A stretch of 64,000 bases of DNA from Chrysomallon squamiferum (lineage: Eukaryota; Animalia; Mollusca): NCBI GenBank assembly GCA_012295275.1, contig CM022669.1, positions 5,704,001 through 5,768,000 of the forward strand. Reading direction: 5' to 3'. Positions 14,638 through 27,900 of the stretch are shown piece after piece; the first letter of the stretch is position 1; each line of letters begins with the position of its first letter. The notes beneath the pieces are model-generated. The model was not told the origin of the DNA. It saw only the letters and a program-made list of their open reading frames with translations, and did not search any database. The translations under genes were made by a program, and so were the position numbers.

Positions 14638-15444
14638 ACACACACATTATTATGGCTCAGCTGAGAAGTGACAGGCTGTATATATGATCTATCTTTTAAA
14701 ATGAGCTGACTAGGCAATATTTCATTCCAGCCAGTGTCCCATGACTGATTAATTAAAATCTGCAGTAATAGTGCTTTACTAATCAGAAATTTTAATATAA
14801 GTAATAATGGCAGCAGCTGGTTTCATCTGCTGTACCATCATTACTGAATCATCATACCCTGCAGTCATTCATTTAAAAATGAATACTGATGTTGTTTTGT
14901 TTTGGTTTTGTTCATTAATTTATTCTACCAATATTCATTCAAACATTCATTCATTCACTTGTATTCATTTGTTCATCTATTCATTCATTTATTCATTCAT
15001 TTATTCACCGGCATTTATTTATTCATTCATTTGTTCATTGATCCATCCTATGTCCACTCATTTCTGTCTTTGTGTGTTTTATGAAACAGCAGTCATAAAG
15101 ATAATATTTATTCATTGAGTGTCTTATGGTATCCATTCTTTTATTGTCATTATGTAACAAGGATAACTATTTAGTTTTGTAAATCAGTTAATTTTCAGTC
15201 TATATTTTAATATAGTAAGGTTTCAGTACATACTGGTGACAATGTAATTAGCATTTCTGATGCCTTGGTAACTGAGCATTAATGTAACATTATGTTACAA
15301 GTACCAGTCCATTGGCATGGTAACATATCTACAAACAGTTGCAGTAACAACTGAATATTTAATTGTTGTTATTATATTACAGATAATTTGTTGCCAAAAC
15401 AACTGAATGTTATTAATGTGATATGTTTGTTTATTTATTTACTT

Positions 15445-15491
<47 letters not shown>

Positions 15492-15878
15492 TTGTTGTTG
15501 TTGTTGTTGTTGTTGTTTGTTGTTGTTGTTGTATTTATTTACTTATTTTTTTATAATTTTATTATTATTATTATTATTATTTTTTTTTTATGGATGATAT
15601 TTAATGCATGTTAATAGACTAAACTACGGTTGTTATGACAACTGAATATATATTGTTTGTGTTGCAGGTATAATACCCATGGCATGGTAACAAACAATGA
15701 TAAACAAATAGTTAGAGGAAATGGAATACTGAAGAAAAACGCTGATGGCAATGTAACTTTGACAAGACTTTTAAATGTTGCTCCACAAACCACAATAGGT
15801 AAGATTCATTTTTATATTTTCTTTTTTTTTCAGAAGAATTTAATGTTTGTGAACACCATGAATAGGGAATGATATTTG

Positions 15879-15917
<39 letters not shown>

Positions 15918-16207
15918 CTGTTCGTCAGTATGTGTTTTTTTTGTATATATGTGTGCTTGCCTACATACTAATTTATTAAATGTTTTTTTTTTGTGAGAGA
16001 ACAGGATTAACATATATGCTCATAAATACAGACATGTAGGCATACATATACACAGGGATACACATGCAGACATACATACATGTACACAATTACAGGCTTC
16101 CAATAATAAAACATGTGTACCCACATACTTGTTCAGACACATACATATATACACACCCATCTGCACTCACACATACACACATTGAAATATATTGAAATTT
16201 GTGTCCC

Positions 16208-16244
<37 letters not shown>

Positions 16245-17585
16245 AAACTCCCTGCTGATACAAATGTTTTGATATTGACTGTTTAATAATCAGAACCATT
16301 ATCTTACAAACACAAGCAAATTGGACAAGGTTGCTTGTGGCTAGCCAAGCCATTGATTAGACTGGGGTTGCTGGCACTGATTCAGGTTAATATGATAATA
16401 CACGAACAGCAGACATACCTGGAGGCACAGTGAACAGATAGAGACAGAGATTGACTAAGTGACAAATTGTTTGGTTAAAGAGAACAAAAACAAATGCTAG
16501 TTTTTTTGTTTACAGATATTTCTTTTCTGAATACTCACATTTAGTTAAAAACAATTTTTTTTTAGTTAATATGCAATAAGTTATTGTCATTTGTTTTTGG
16601 ATGTTTTTTTTGGGGGGTTTTGGGTTGTTTTTTTTATAAGATTTAAACTAAATAGTTTTATATGGACTGTTAAAAAAACATTGCTTTTTAGGTATTGCAT
16701 TTATTTTGAAATTCATCATATTTTAGCATGAATGCTTTGGATATTTTCAGATGTTAAGAGAAAAGCTTTATAGTCTTTTTTATCTTTATTACAAAATGAA
16801 TATACAGCAGAAGTTTTATTTGTATTCATTGTACACGATTCTACATACTGATTAAACAAAAATTTGAAATACAATATAACAAACAAAATAGGATTTCTTT
16901 TTCTTTCTTTTTTAAAAAACTTTTGAAAGAATTATTTTCTTGTTTTATTTGTTAGAGATTTTTGTTTTTTATGTTTATTATTTATATATTTTTTTTAGTA
17001 CCTAATCATAGATCCACTTACCCTTACACAAATAGTACATATTAAATTATTTCTTCTTTTTTATTTTATTCATTCATCTGTTACATGTTCTTTTTCATCA
17101 GCTCCTTTATTTTAAATGTATTTTTTTTGTTTTGTTGTTGTTGTTTTGTTTAACCAACAGTTCCCTTAAGTTATTTCTTTATTCCTAACTGCAGTACTTA
17201 TGTTATTTGCCTCCTCCAGCTAATTGTAATGTGGTTAAATATGTTCTAAGTGTTATAAAGATGAGGAAGCTGTACAGATGTTTGTGGTCTTTCAGAGGAG
17301 GATATAGAAATGCTTCAGAAAGGCGTAGTGATGATGAAACAACGCAGATCCAGCTCGGAGAAACAGCATCCGTACAGCTCTGACTGGCCGCCCAGTCAAA
17401 CATCGCAGATACAAGGTCTGTAGACACAGGGACACACTGACACACATCAGCTGAATTAAATGTGTCGTTCTGAAGTTGTGACCATGTTTCATGTACATAC
17501 ACAAACTGATGAACATACATGGAAAAACATGCATGCATATTTACATATGTATGGTTATGTACATGAACATATGTGTGTATATGTG

Positions 17586-17625
<40 letters not shown>

Positions 17626-20600
17626 AATATATACGTGCGAAAGTATGTTCATACATATATATTTACTTCTTATTACAAAAAAGTATTGATCACACATTTT
17701 GAAAGTTTTTAATCATCAGACTTGGAAATGGAAAATAGGAACACACATGTGCATGCATACACTCACACGCACATGCACACACATACTTGCCTGTCACTCA
17801 GTCTCATAACTGCTAGCATGAGCAATAACTTACTAAAACAATATCAGTGCAATCAGAAACAAAAATAATCATGTGTTAAATATAAACTTCATTTTCACTC
17901 TTCCAGATTCAGGGATATCTAGCACTATGGAGGTTGAAGATACAATAGACCGAATCTTTGAAAGCTGTCAGACTCACCACCAGTGTATTGAATCACTGAC
18001 TGGAGTACCAGTGCATGGTTTCCATGGTGACGATGAAAAGACAAATTCAAACCCATCATCTTTGGATATTGATGGATCTAATCCAGATATTCCAGAGCAT
18101 TTTGAGAACAACAAATGGGGGATTATGGGTAATAATGATTTTCATATTGTACTTGAGATGGTCATAGTTTGTGTAGAGATTAAGTCAGGAAGAAAAGTTA
18201 TAATAAGTATTCTAATTTTTATCAATTTAAAATTTTATTATTACTATGAACAAGAAAAATAATAAGTCAAGCAAAATATTTATACTTTTAAGATATATTT
18301 ATATTTTTAAAAATGCTTTTAATTAATTTATTTATATATAGTTTATTTTGAAGCATGTATAACTTGGTTATTAATTTAAATCTATGCTATTTTTATACTA
18401 TAGGTTATTATTTCCTCAAATTATATATATTAAATTTACTAACATATCTGGTTAAAGATTCAATGCAAAATGTTTCATTTTACTTTATTGCTAGAGATTT
18501 TTTTTAAAAGCATTGAAAAAGTAAAACTTTTTTTTTAATGCAACAAATTATATTTCCTATATTAAATTTAATTATTTTGATTTTGAGTCTTCAGTTTTAA
18601 GAGAAGAAACCCACATTTTCCCATTTCAAGGGCAGCAACTCTTGATTATTATTGGACACTGCTTTACAATTTTATCTGTAATGGCATTAAATTTTCTCAA
18701 ATAAAAATTTTGGAGTTCTGTTTCTGCCACTTATTTTAACATTAACAAGCAAGTGATTTTTAATTTAGTTTTTTTAAGTTTTTTTTTTTTTTTTATTATT
18801 TTTTTTTTTAAATAATTTGAAAACTAGCATTATAATCCCTTTTCTGAATTGTGGTTTTGTTACAGTATATTACTGTCTAAGATTTTGTGTTTATGGGAAT
18901 GTGCACTGTGTGCAAAATATCCCAGCAACTAGTAAATGAAAAACTAGTCCACTGAATGGATGACTGCAGGTTTCCTTTCTAATTATCTCTGTTTTCACTA
19001 CATGCATGTTTAATAAGCAATACAGATGATGATGATGATTATGATGATGATTAAGAATGATGATAACTATGATGGTAATGACAATAACAGAGATGATCTA
19101 AATGACAATACTATTACCACTACTACTACTACTACTACTACTAATATTTTAAGAAGAGAATTCAGTTAGTACAAAACTGTTATTCACTGAAGGTTACACT
19201 ACAGTTCTATATTTAAACATCAAACTGTATAACAGTAGGAAAAAAAATGAGTCCACCCTTGTATAAAATAATAATTCCTTCATTCATGACCATCTTCTTC
19301 TTATTGTTTAATAAATTAGCTTTTTTTTCACATGTTAACATACACTGATTGAGCAGATTGAGAATCAAATTGAAGCACACATCATTAACGGTTCTGCTTT
19401 GTTTCTGATGTTTATTTTATTAACAGGTATTCTCCCTGCAGGTAACAGAGTTGTGCAGGCAGGTAACTGTTACACTAAGACAGCCAAGGCAATGATGGTT
19501 TCACATGATTTGTTGTTATTTATCAGTACTGATAAGCTATCAACCTCTTTTATTTGCCTCTGTTGAATGATGTGGGGCTCTCTTTGGGTTTACAGGTTGT
19601 TGAAGTGTAGAGATAAAAAGAGATCGGGTATCACAAAGTTGCAAGCTTGCAACTTTTCTTAGTTTTCTTCTTCTTTGTTTTATCACGGGAATTCTGTGTA
19701 GAGAACATTAGCTGGAAAGGTGGACTTTATTTATAGGATTTTTTAAATTAATATTATTTTTTTCAATGTTTTAAAATAAAAATATTGCTATAATTGTGTA
19801 GTAATAAATAGTTATTATAAAAATTTAACAAAAAAAACTATTGTTGTATTTAGCTCTCTGCAGAATTATATGTATTATATTATTTATTAATAAAATATCT
19901 AATGAAGCTACTTAAAGTTGAAGCCAGGCAAATAGTTTTAGTTACATATGTTGTGTTTTTTAAATTACACAGTGTGTTTATGTGAATTGTGTAAAACTAC
20001 AGTAAAATGAATGTAATGATGTGCGTGTGTGTGTTTGTAAATATAATTAAATCTCTTATAGTTATTTAAATAAGATAAAGTCCACATACTTACATGAATG
20101 TATTTTATTTAAACATTTGCATTTAACCCAGTTTACAAGTGTTAACTGCATGAATGTCTTCAGGATAGAAATCTTACAAAGTGTATTACACACGTCCCCC
20201 CTTATCAGATCCCCACACTTTCTGCCACTGCCCCCTGGTGGAGAGAGGGAAAGTGGCACTGCTTCATAAAACAGCTATTAGAGGCTGATGATTGGGGAGC
20301 TATTTTTAGCCTCTCTGTAGAGAACAAGAGTGCCAGAAAGTTTCACTGATAGCAGGTAGTGAGTGGTGTCCAGCCAAATCGGTGCCATTTTTCGACTGTA
20401 CAGGGTAGAGAGGGCAAAAACAAATACAATTAATTAGGAGTGACCAACACTCCAGTACAGAACTACACAATGGTTACCACAGCAAACAGAACCCACAACT
20501 GTCTCCACAAGTGTTAAGTAAAGACTTCACTGTGGAAGTGAAGAGAAACTTTCTTCAACGTTGCTTTCCCTGTTTGTTTTTACAGAAGGAAGTCTGAACA

Positions 20601-23253
20601 CAGCTCGTGCCATCAACTCTGGAGTACTGAGTCAGCGGCATCTGCAACTTTCACAACTTCTTACCCAGGTCAGTTTTAATTTGTTTAATATTAACACTAT
20701 ATAACTTAGCTAATTATTAATACTGTAATACTGAGAGATATCTGCAACTTTCACATCTTCTTGCCCAGGTCAGTTTTAATTTGTTTAATATTAACATTAT
20801 TTAACTTAGCTAATTATTAATACTGTAATACTGAGAGATATCTGCAACTTTCACAACTTCTTGCCCAGGTCAGTTTTAATTTGTTTAATATTAACACTAT
20901 ATAACTTAGCTAATTATTAATACTGTAATACTGAGAGATATCTGCAACTTTCACAACTTCTTACCCAGGACAGTTTTATTTGTTTAATATCAACACTATA
21001 TAACTTAGCTAATTATTAATACTGTAATTCTGAGAGATATTTGCAACTCCTATCAATTTCAGTTTGCTTAATATTAGCTATAGCATAACTAATGAAATAT
21101 CTAAATTTTAGAAACTTTTAACCCAAGTCAGTTTTAATTTGTTTAATTTTACTATGAAATAACTAATTTATCTCACTATTAATAATATAGTACTAAGAGA
21201 CAAATGTTAATAGCTTTGAAAACATTTAACACTGGTCAGTTTTAATTAGTTTAATTAATATTAACATTCTGTATGATTGCACTAACTATTTGTATCTTTA
21301 ACTTGAAATAACAAACTGAGCTGCTTAGTATCACAGAAATACAGGTCACTTTTAAATCATTTAAATGACTAATACGGCTAATTACTGACATTAGGACAGA
21401 GATATCAGCAGCTTTCACAAGTTTTGAACATGGTTTAATTTAATTGGTTTAACTTTTAACTAACTCAGTTAACTTAGTTAACTATTAATAAAGAAGTCCT
21501 ATTTATCTTCTTAAATAAAAATAAGAAAGAAAAGATAAAAATATGAAAAAAAATAGAACATGACCTAGGTGTATATACCAACTGGCTAATCTAGAAACTG
21601 TGTACTTATTGATTTAATAAGGAGTGTTTAAATCGAAGTCAGTAATACCTGGATCAGAAACGAGATACTCTGTACAGTGAATTAATAGTTTAGCATGGTT
21701 TAATGATTAATGTCGTGTAGATATGTGCATTGGAAATAGTGGTAAATACACTGACTTACTCGACATCCTGTATTAATGTTGATGATTATTAAGTGTCAGT
21801 AGTAAGAATCTGTAATGAAAAATTATGAACAAAGAAACTAGCTGCTTCAATGGATATTAACAATTAGTATGTATGCATGTCCACTAGTGAATACATACAT
21901 GCTAATGAGCTATCTATTTACCTGAATCTGTGTCAGTGTTCTGACATGCTCACTGTGAACACAAATTCAGATTAGATAAAAATGTGTAATCTATATGAGC
22001 ATTATCAGTTAACGGCACACAGACAATTTTAATAATCACCTTTTCACGTGGAACGTATCTATCATGTTATTTTGGTATCTTGTTTGTTTCATTCACAGAA
22101 ATATGTAGTCTGTAAGGTGGATTTTTTCACTGGTTCACGAGTACTGGCTGGAAATCATAAAATCATTAATCTGATAAGATATTCTGTAGTTATCTCTTCA
22201 TACATTTTGTGCCATGGAGATGCCAGCCTGGTGAAGGGAGGGGCAAAGGAACCCATCCCATCTTGATGGTCAAAATCACTCATTTGAAAAACCTTACCCA
22301 CTCAAACGAGATAATTTGTTTTTTAATCTCAACAAAATGAATTAACTAATAAATGAATACATACATACATACACACATACATACATACATACATACATAC
22401 ATACATACATACATAGGTACAAATGTGCATAAAAAAATACACAGGACAATAATAATAATCTAACAAATGAATCAAATTCCATAATAACTAGATCACTGGG
22501 CACACAGTTTTAATACTGGAAAATCTCCAGTGGTCTGTATTGTCAAACACCCCCTTAAAATTCACCCATTCTGCTCCTGATTATCCTAAGATTACACAGA
22601 AGTCAGCTGATCTGTAAAAGTGTTAATGTTTAGTCTGGTGTGGCTTAACACAAAACAGAAACAGTTTTCACATATCTTAATATTCTACTGTAAACAAAAT
22701 TATTTTCTATTTATGAATATTGTTTCTGTTACATAATATGTGAAGAAGATGATTTATTTAATTTAAAGTGGCATCCTGGTGTTAAAACGTAATTATTTTA
22801 TCAGTTGTGTTTTCTGTTACATCCGGCTAAAATGTGAAAACAAGGGATTTGGTTTGAAAAATAAATCACTATTTTACCGATATTATTTATTTTTCTGCTA
22901 CATAAATTAGGTTAACAAAATGCAAGCAGTAAATTACTAATGTTTTATTTTTATTTAAATATGTTGTGTGCAGTGATATTAAATATAGTCTACATTAACA
23001 TTTGCAATGCTGATTGTGTCTTAAATAAAAACCATTAAAAGAATATGTTGAATACGTCCCATGCAGATAATTACACAAACATATAGCACATATTCATACA
23101 CAAAATATATATTTTCACATAAGCACAAACACTAAATAGTTACAAATCTATAAAAATATAGAAAATAAAATAAAACAAATATACTGCTGTTAGTTAATAG
23201 ATGAACACATTTTATAACAGTCAAAAAGAATAAATAATAATAGAGCGAGAGAA

Positions 23254-23304
<51 letters not shown>

Positions 23305-26300
23305 TTGAGAGAGCAAAAAAACCCATCATACAGCTTGTATTATGTATGAAGTAAAAGTTTGGTTTTGATGTGGAGTGAAACGGAGAGTGCTGTAAGGTGT
23401 TTGATCTGAATGTGGCTGGTTAAAACATCTCTCTGTGTGTGTGTAACAGGATATTCTCACAGAAAACACCTAGAGCTGCTTCCTGTGTGTTTTTATCCTA
23501 AACCAGGCCAGGTAGCCCAACAATTACTGGACCATGTGCTGCCAAACCCTGGCACTAACCACTTTCTTATTGGGTTACAGTCAGTGGAAGTAGGCAGGGT
23601 GAGGAAGGTTTATGGAGAAGAGGGGTCTGATGTTGGATGGGAAGGGGATTAACATGAGTATAAATGTGTGTGTGTTACAAATCCAGGAGTGGGTTTATAG
23701 ATGGAAGAATTGTTAATACTGTGGTAGTGTGTTGATTGTTGTTTTTTGTAAATAAAATAAAGGTGATTTTTAAAGATTTGTTAAAAAAAGGAAAGATTTT
23801 GGGTAAATAACAAAGACAGATTGATATTATTGAGTTACTGGGATGTTAAAGCACTATGACTGGTATTATTAAAAAAAAATAACATGGAATATTAGTTCTG
23901 GTTTATGGCTGATATAAAAGATACTTGATGCTGTAAAAAAAAAAAAAGCCATTGAAATGGTATTGTTAGGTTTCATTCATAGTTATCATTACATGAATAG
24001 CCTTCCTATGTGTTGAACACCTGTAAGCCAGAATTCTCTTTCACCTTCTATTCCTTTATTACCTGTTTCTTTTTACCACACTGAAGTTAAATAAATTAAT
24101 ATTTCAAACACAAAATTTACAGCTGTAAAATATTTATTACACCTTAGGATATGACCATGTTGGAAAAGATGAAAGTTTCGGTTAAATCAATATTTTAGCT
24201 TGATTTTTCATTTGCAGTTAAAATATTTTCATTTTTCTTTCTTTTTTTTCTTTTCTTTCCTTTTCCCTCTTTTTGAAATGTGAATAATAAACTTTTCAAA
24301 TTGTTGCCAGCACTTTTTGCCATGTTTGGTTATAACACAATTCTTGAAGTACATTGATTTTTAAAACTTGTGGGATAATTGCACTTTTTGCCGGAAGTGC
24401 ATAGCGTAATACAAATTGATCTAAACTGTTGAATGTCGCTGCTTTTGTAAGATTTTCTAATAACCATTCCACTCTCATCTCTGTGTCAGGAGAATTGATT
24501 CTAAAGATGTTTTTTACTCCATTATAGAAATAAAAGAAAGGTTCATAATGTTATTGTAGGTGAGTGTGTAGTATGTATGTTTTGTAAATAATAATGGTAA
24601 TGATACTGTTGTATGGAAAAATGTTTATATCTCTATGTATGTTGATGTCTACATTTGCATGGATGTTTGTGAGAGAGAGAGAGAGAGAGAGAAAAAGAAA
24701 AAAAAAGCAAAAACTGTTTTTCAGTACAGCTTTTGTAAATTACTGTTGGAGTTTTAAATTTGATAATCTAGTGTAAGAATTATTTATTCCTTTATTTACA
24801 TAATTTATTTATTACACTATAAATTTTTAGAACTGTGTAACATTATCATCATTATATTAAACTTTGTTATCTCTTTATTACCAACGTAAACCAGAATTTT
24901 AATTCTGTTACATACAAATTACTATTCACCTAAAACAGAGAATGTCTAATGAAGTTATTGATTACTTTAACTTGCATTAAATTTATAATGACAAAGAGTA
25001 ATTATTAGGAAAAAAGAGATATTGAAAAAAAAGAAATTAGAAAGGGAAAGTAAAATGAAGACAAGAGAGCTAATGAAAATGACAGGATGAAAAGAAAAAG
25101 ATGGGAAGAAAAGATAAATGAAGGAAAGAAAGAAAGAAAGAAATAGAGTTGTGAAAGAAAACTAATGAAAAGAAAGGAAACAAAATGGATGGAGAAAATG
25201 AATATAGTCATACTTAGTGCAAAACATATTTAAATAAATATATGAGTTTAATTAATTATTATTACGTTTTTAAAATAAAAACTATCAAACAGGTACAGGT
25301 ACTCTGAAACACATGTTAGTGTAAGTAAGTACAGGTAATTTGTTACAGATCACTGTTTACCTGATCAGGGAGATGTTTAGATGTGTGTGTAGATGAAGTG
25401 CTGCTGCTATTTCACAATGCTGCTCTCTTGTTTATAAGTGGGAGGGTGTGTGGCCGGGTTATCAAGATCACCATCAAGGTGTGATAAGAAACTTTACATG
25501 TTTTCACATTCCAAATGGCTCTGCTCAATGAGATTGGCCGCATTGTTGTACATCAGGTTGTCATTGTTATTTCAGCAGAGGTTTAAGAAAGTTGTTAAAT
25601 CACGTGTGGAAACTTGACTGAAGTGCTATGATAGAGTGATAACTTTGAGAAGTGACAGAATCAGTCCTTTTCAGAACCCTCTTTGGGCTGTTTTCCCAGT
25701 CCAGCCTGGCTTCCAGAATTGATGTAACAAAAGTTCTTCATATACACTTCTCTTCTGTGTTACAGAGTATTAAAATATTTCTTGTTGATTGTTTGCAGAA
25801 GTAGGCATCCTTTCATACTTTCATCAGAAAATTACATATGGCACTGTGATAGATGGAAACAAAGAAAGTGGGAAAGGAAAAGATCATCAGAAAATCTAAA
25901 ACTGGGGGAGAGAAACTTACAAACAGTAGGAAATGAACAGACAAACTGTGAAACAAAGGGGGTAGTATATGAGAGAGAGAGAGAAACTAAATAAAATAAT
26001 AGTGGAAAATACAGATATATTTGTCTTGTAAGCTCAGACTTTTCTATCGCATTTTAATCCCCCAAACCCCCACCCCAAAAACCCACCCAGTAAACAGTTT
26101 TGCAAATAGTCATGTGTTCTTGAATCTTAATTGAACAAAACTAATTACAAACAAAAGTTGTTTATGAGTTGTCGCTGGCTTATTGGTCTTCAGACATCGC
26201 TAACTATTGATTAAATCAAAGGTGTGGCATGACATTTTGAAATGCAGCTTGTGACTTGATAGCAAACGAATTAGGATAACAGTGTGGTGTCCTGTGTTTG

Positions 26301-26688
26301 ATCCTTCTGCATCATACATAACTGTCAGACAGAGAAACCAAAGCCTGCCACACAGTGTTCCAGCCTCAGTGTGTTTTCAGTGTGAATTGTTGCGCTTGAT
26401 TGGTCATGGTTGCGGTCACCGATGATTTGGTTGTCTGATGGGGAGGTGGGTGAGGTATTAGTGTGTGGGAGGTGTTTACAAGGGTCAAGTCAACAGCTTC
26501 TCACAGAGCACTCACTCAGACCAGGGTGAAGGATAATTAATTAGAGATGAAAAATAAAAAATTGGCTGGGCACTAAGTAAACAGTTTGTTCATTTTCTTG
26601 TTTCATTCTGTTTGTGTGTGTTTTGAAATAAAAATATTGTCAAGTGAAAATGTTTACATATATATATATAAAAATGGGTCAGTGTATA

Positions 26689-26746
<58 letters not shown>

Positions 26747-27863
26747 ATCTGGTACATGTTGTCTAAATATGTACTTAGATTAAAAAAAACAAATAAATGC
26801 TTTAAAACTTTGGATATTTTTTTTTTGTCCTTCTGACATTTGAATTAATTTTATTTTACAGCTAATTGTAAATGTAACATTTTTTTTTACTTCTTTTTCT
26901 TCATTTTTATATTCTTTTCACTTCAACTAAACAAAAGCCAGAAAAAAAGGTAAAAAAACAATAAAAACTCCACAAACGTTTACGTTTGAATGTTATCAAA
27001 TAAAAAGTCGGGTAACTCAGTTTTCCGGTTTGATTGTGTGTAACGAATCTTGAACAGAATATCAGTATCTGATCTTTTGAAACTAAAGTGCAGTTTGAGG
27101 AAGACAATATTCACTATTTAGACTTCAAAAGGTTTTGCCTTCAGTGCTCCAGCCATGACAACTCAAACATACATACTCAAGAAAAAGAAAAAGAATTAAA
27201 ATAGAAAATAAATCTAGATCTGCTGTTCTTGCTTTCTGTAAAAACAATTACCTCAGAACATGCACATCTTTGTTAATACAATTGCTCTTTTGTAATATAA
27301 CTGCAGTTTTATTTTCATTTTATTTATGTATTTTTATTTATTTAGGGGATTTTGTTTATTTTGTGTGGGTTTTGTTTTGTTGGGTTTTTGTGATTCTGTG
27401 ATTTTGAATATTATTAACAACCAGTAGTTTGGTATATAGTGTTTGTGATGGTTTGTGATTAAAACATGGAAAGTGTTGTACTACTTCATATTTCGTTTAT
27501 GTAGAAGAATTTTGTGTTGTCACTGTTTTGTGGACTTGTTGTCATTTCAACATGGATGTCTTCAAAAGACAGTTCCTGAAGTTTCAGAGTTTTTGCAAAT
27601 CTTCTTCATGATCAAAGATTTATGAAATAGCAGAGGCTAGAAGAAAAAAAAGTAATAATAAATAATAATAATAATAATAAAAAATTATAAAAAAAAAACC
27701 TTAAAAAATAAATACAAAATGAAAAATATTTTGCAAGAATATAATTTTAAAATGTGCTGATGTGTCACCTTGGTTGCTTTTTTTCTTGTTCTTTGTTTTT
27801 CTGACATGTTGGAAAACAGAAAAAGTGGGGAAGATACTGAAAATTTCTAAAAAGGAAACAAAA

Positions 27864-27900
<37 letters not shown>

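Noticed and set aside
17203-17697. 164-aa minus-strand ORF
   Set aside because: Antisense shadow of exon 6 plus (TA)n/(TACA)-like repeats
27552-27611. Small ORF with good Kozak context (MDVFKRQFLKFQSFCKSSS)
   Set aside because: 19 codons, no usable donor, no other support
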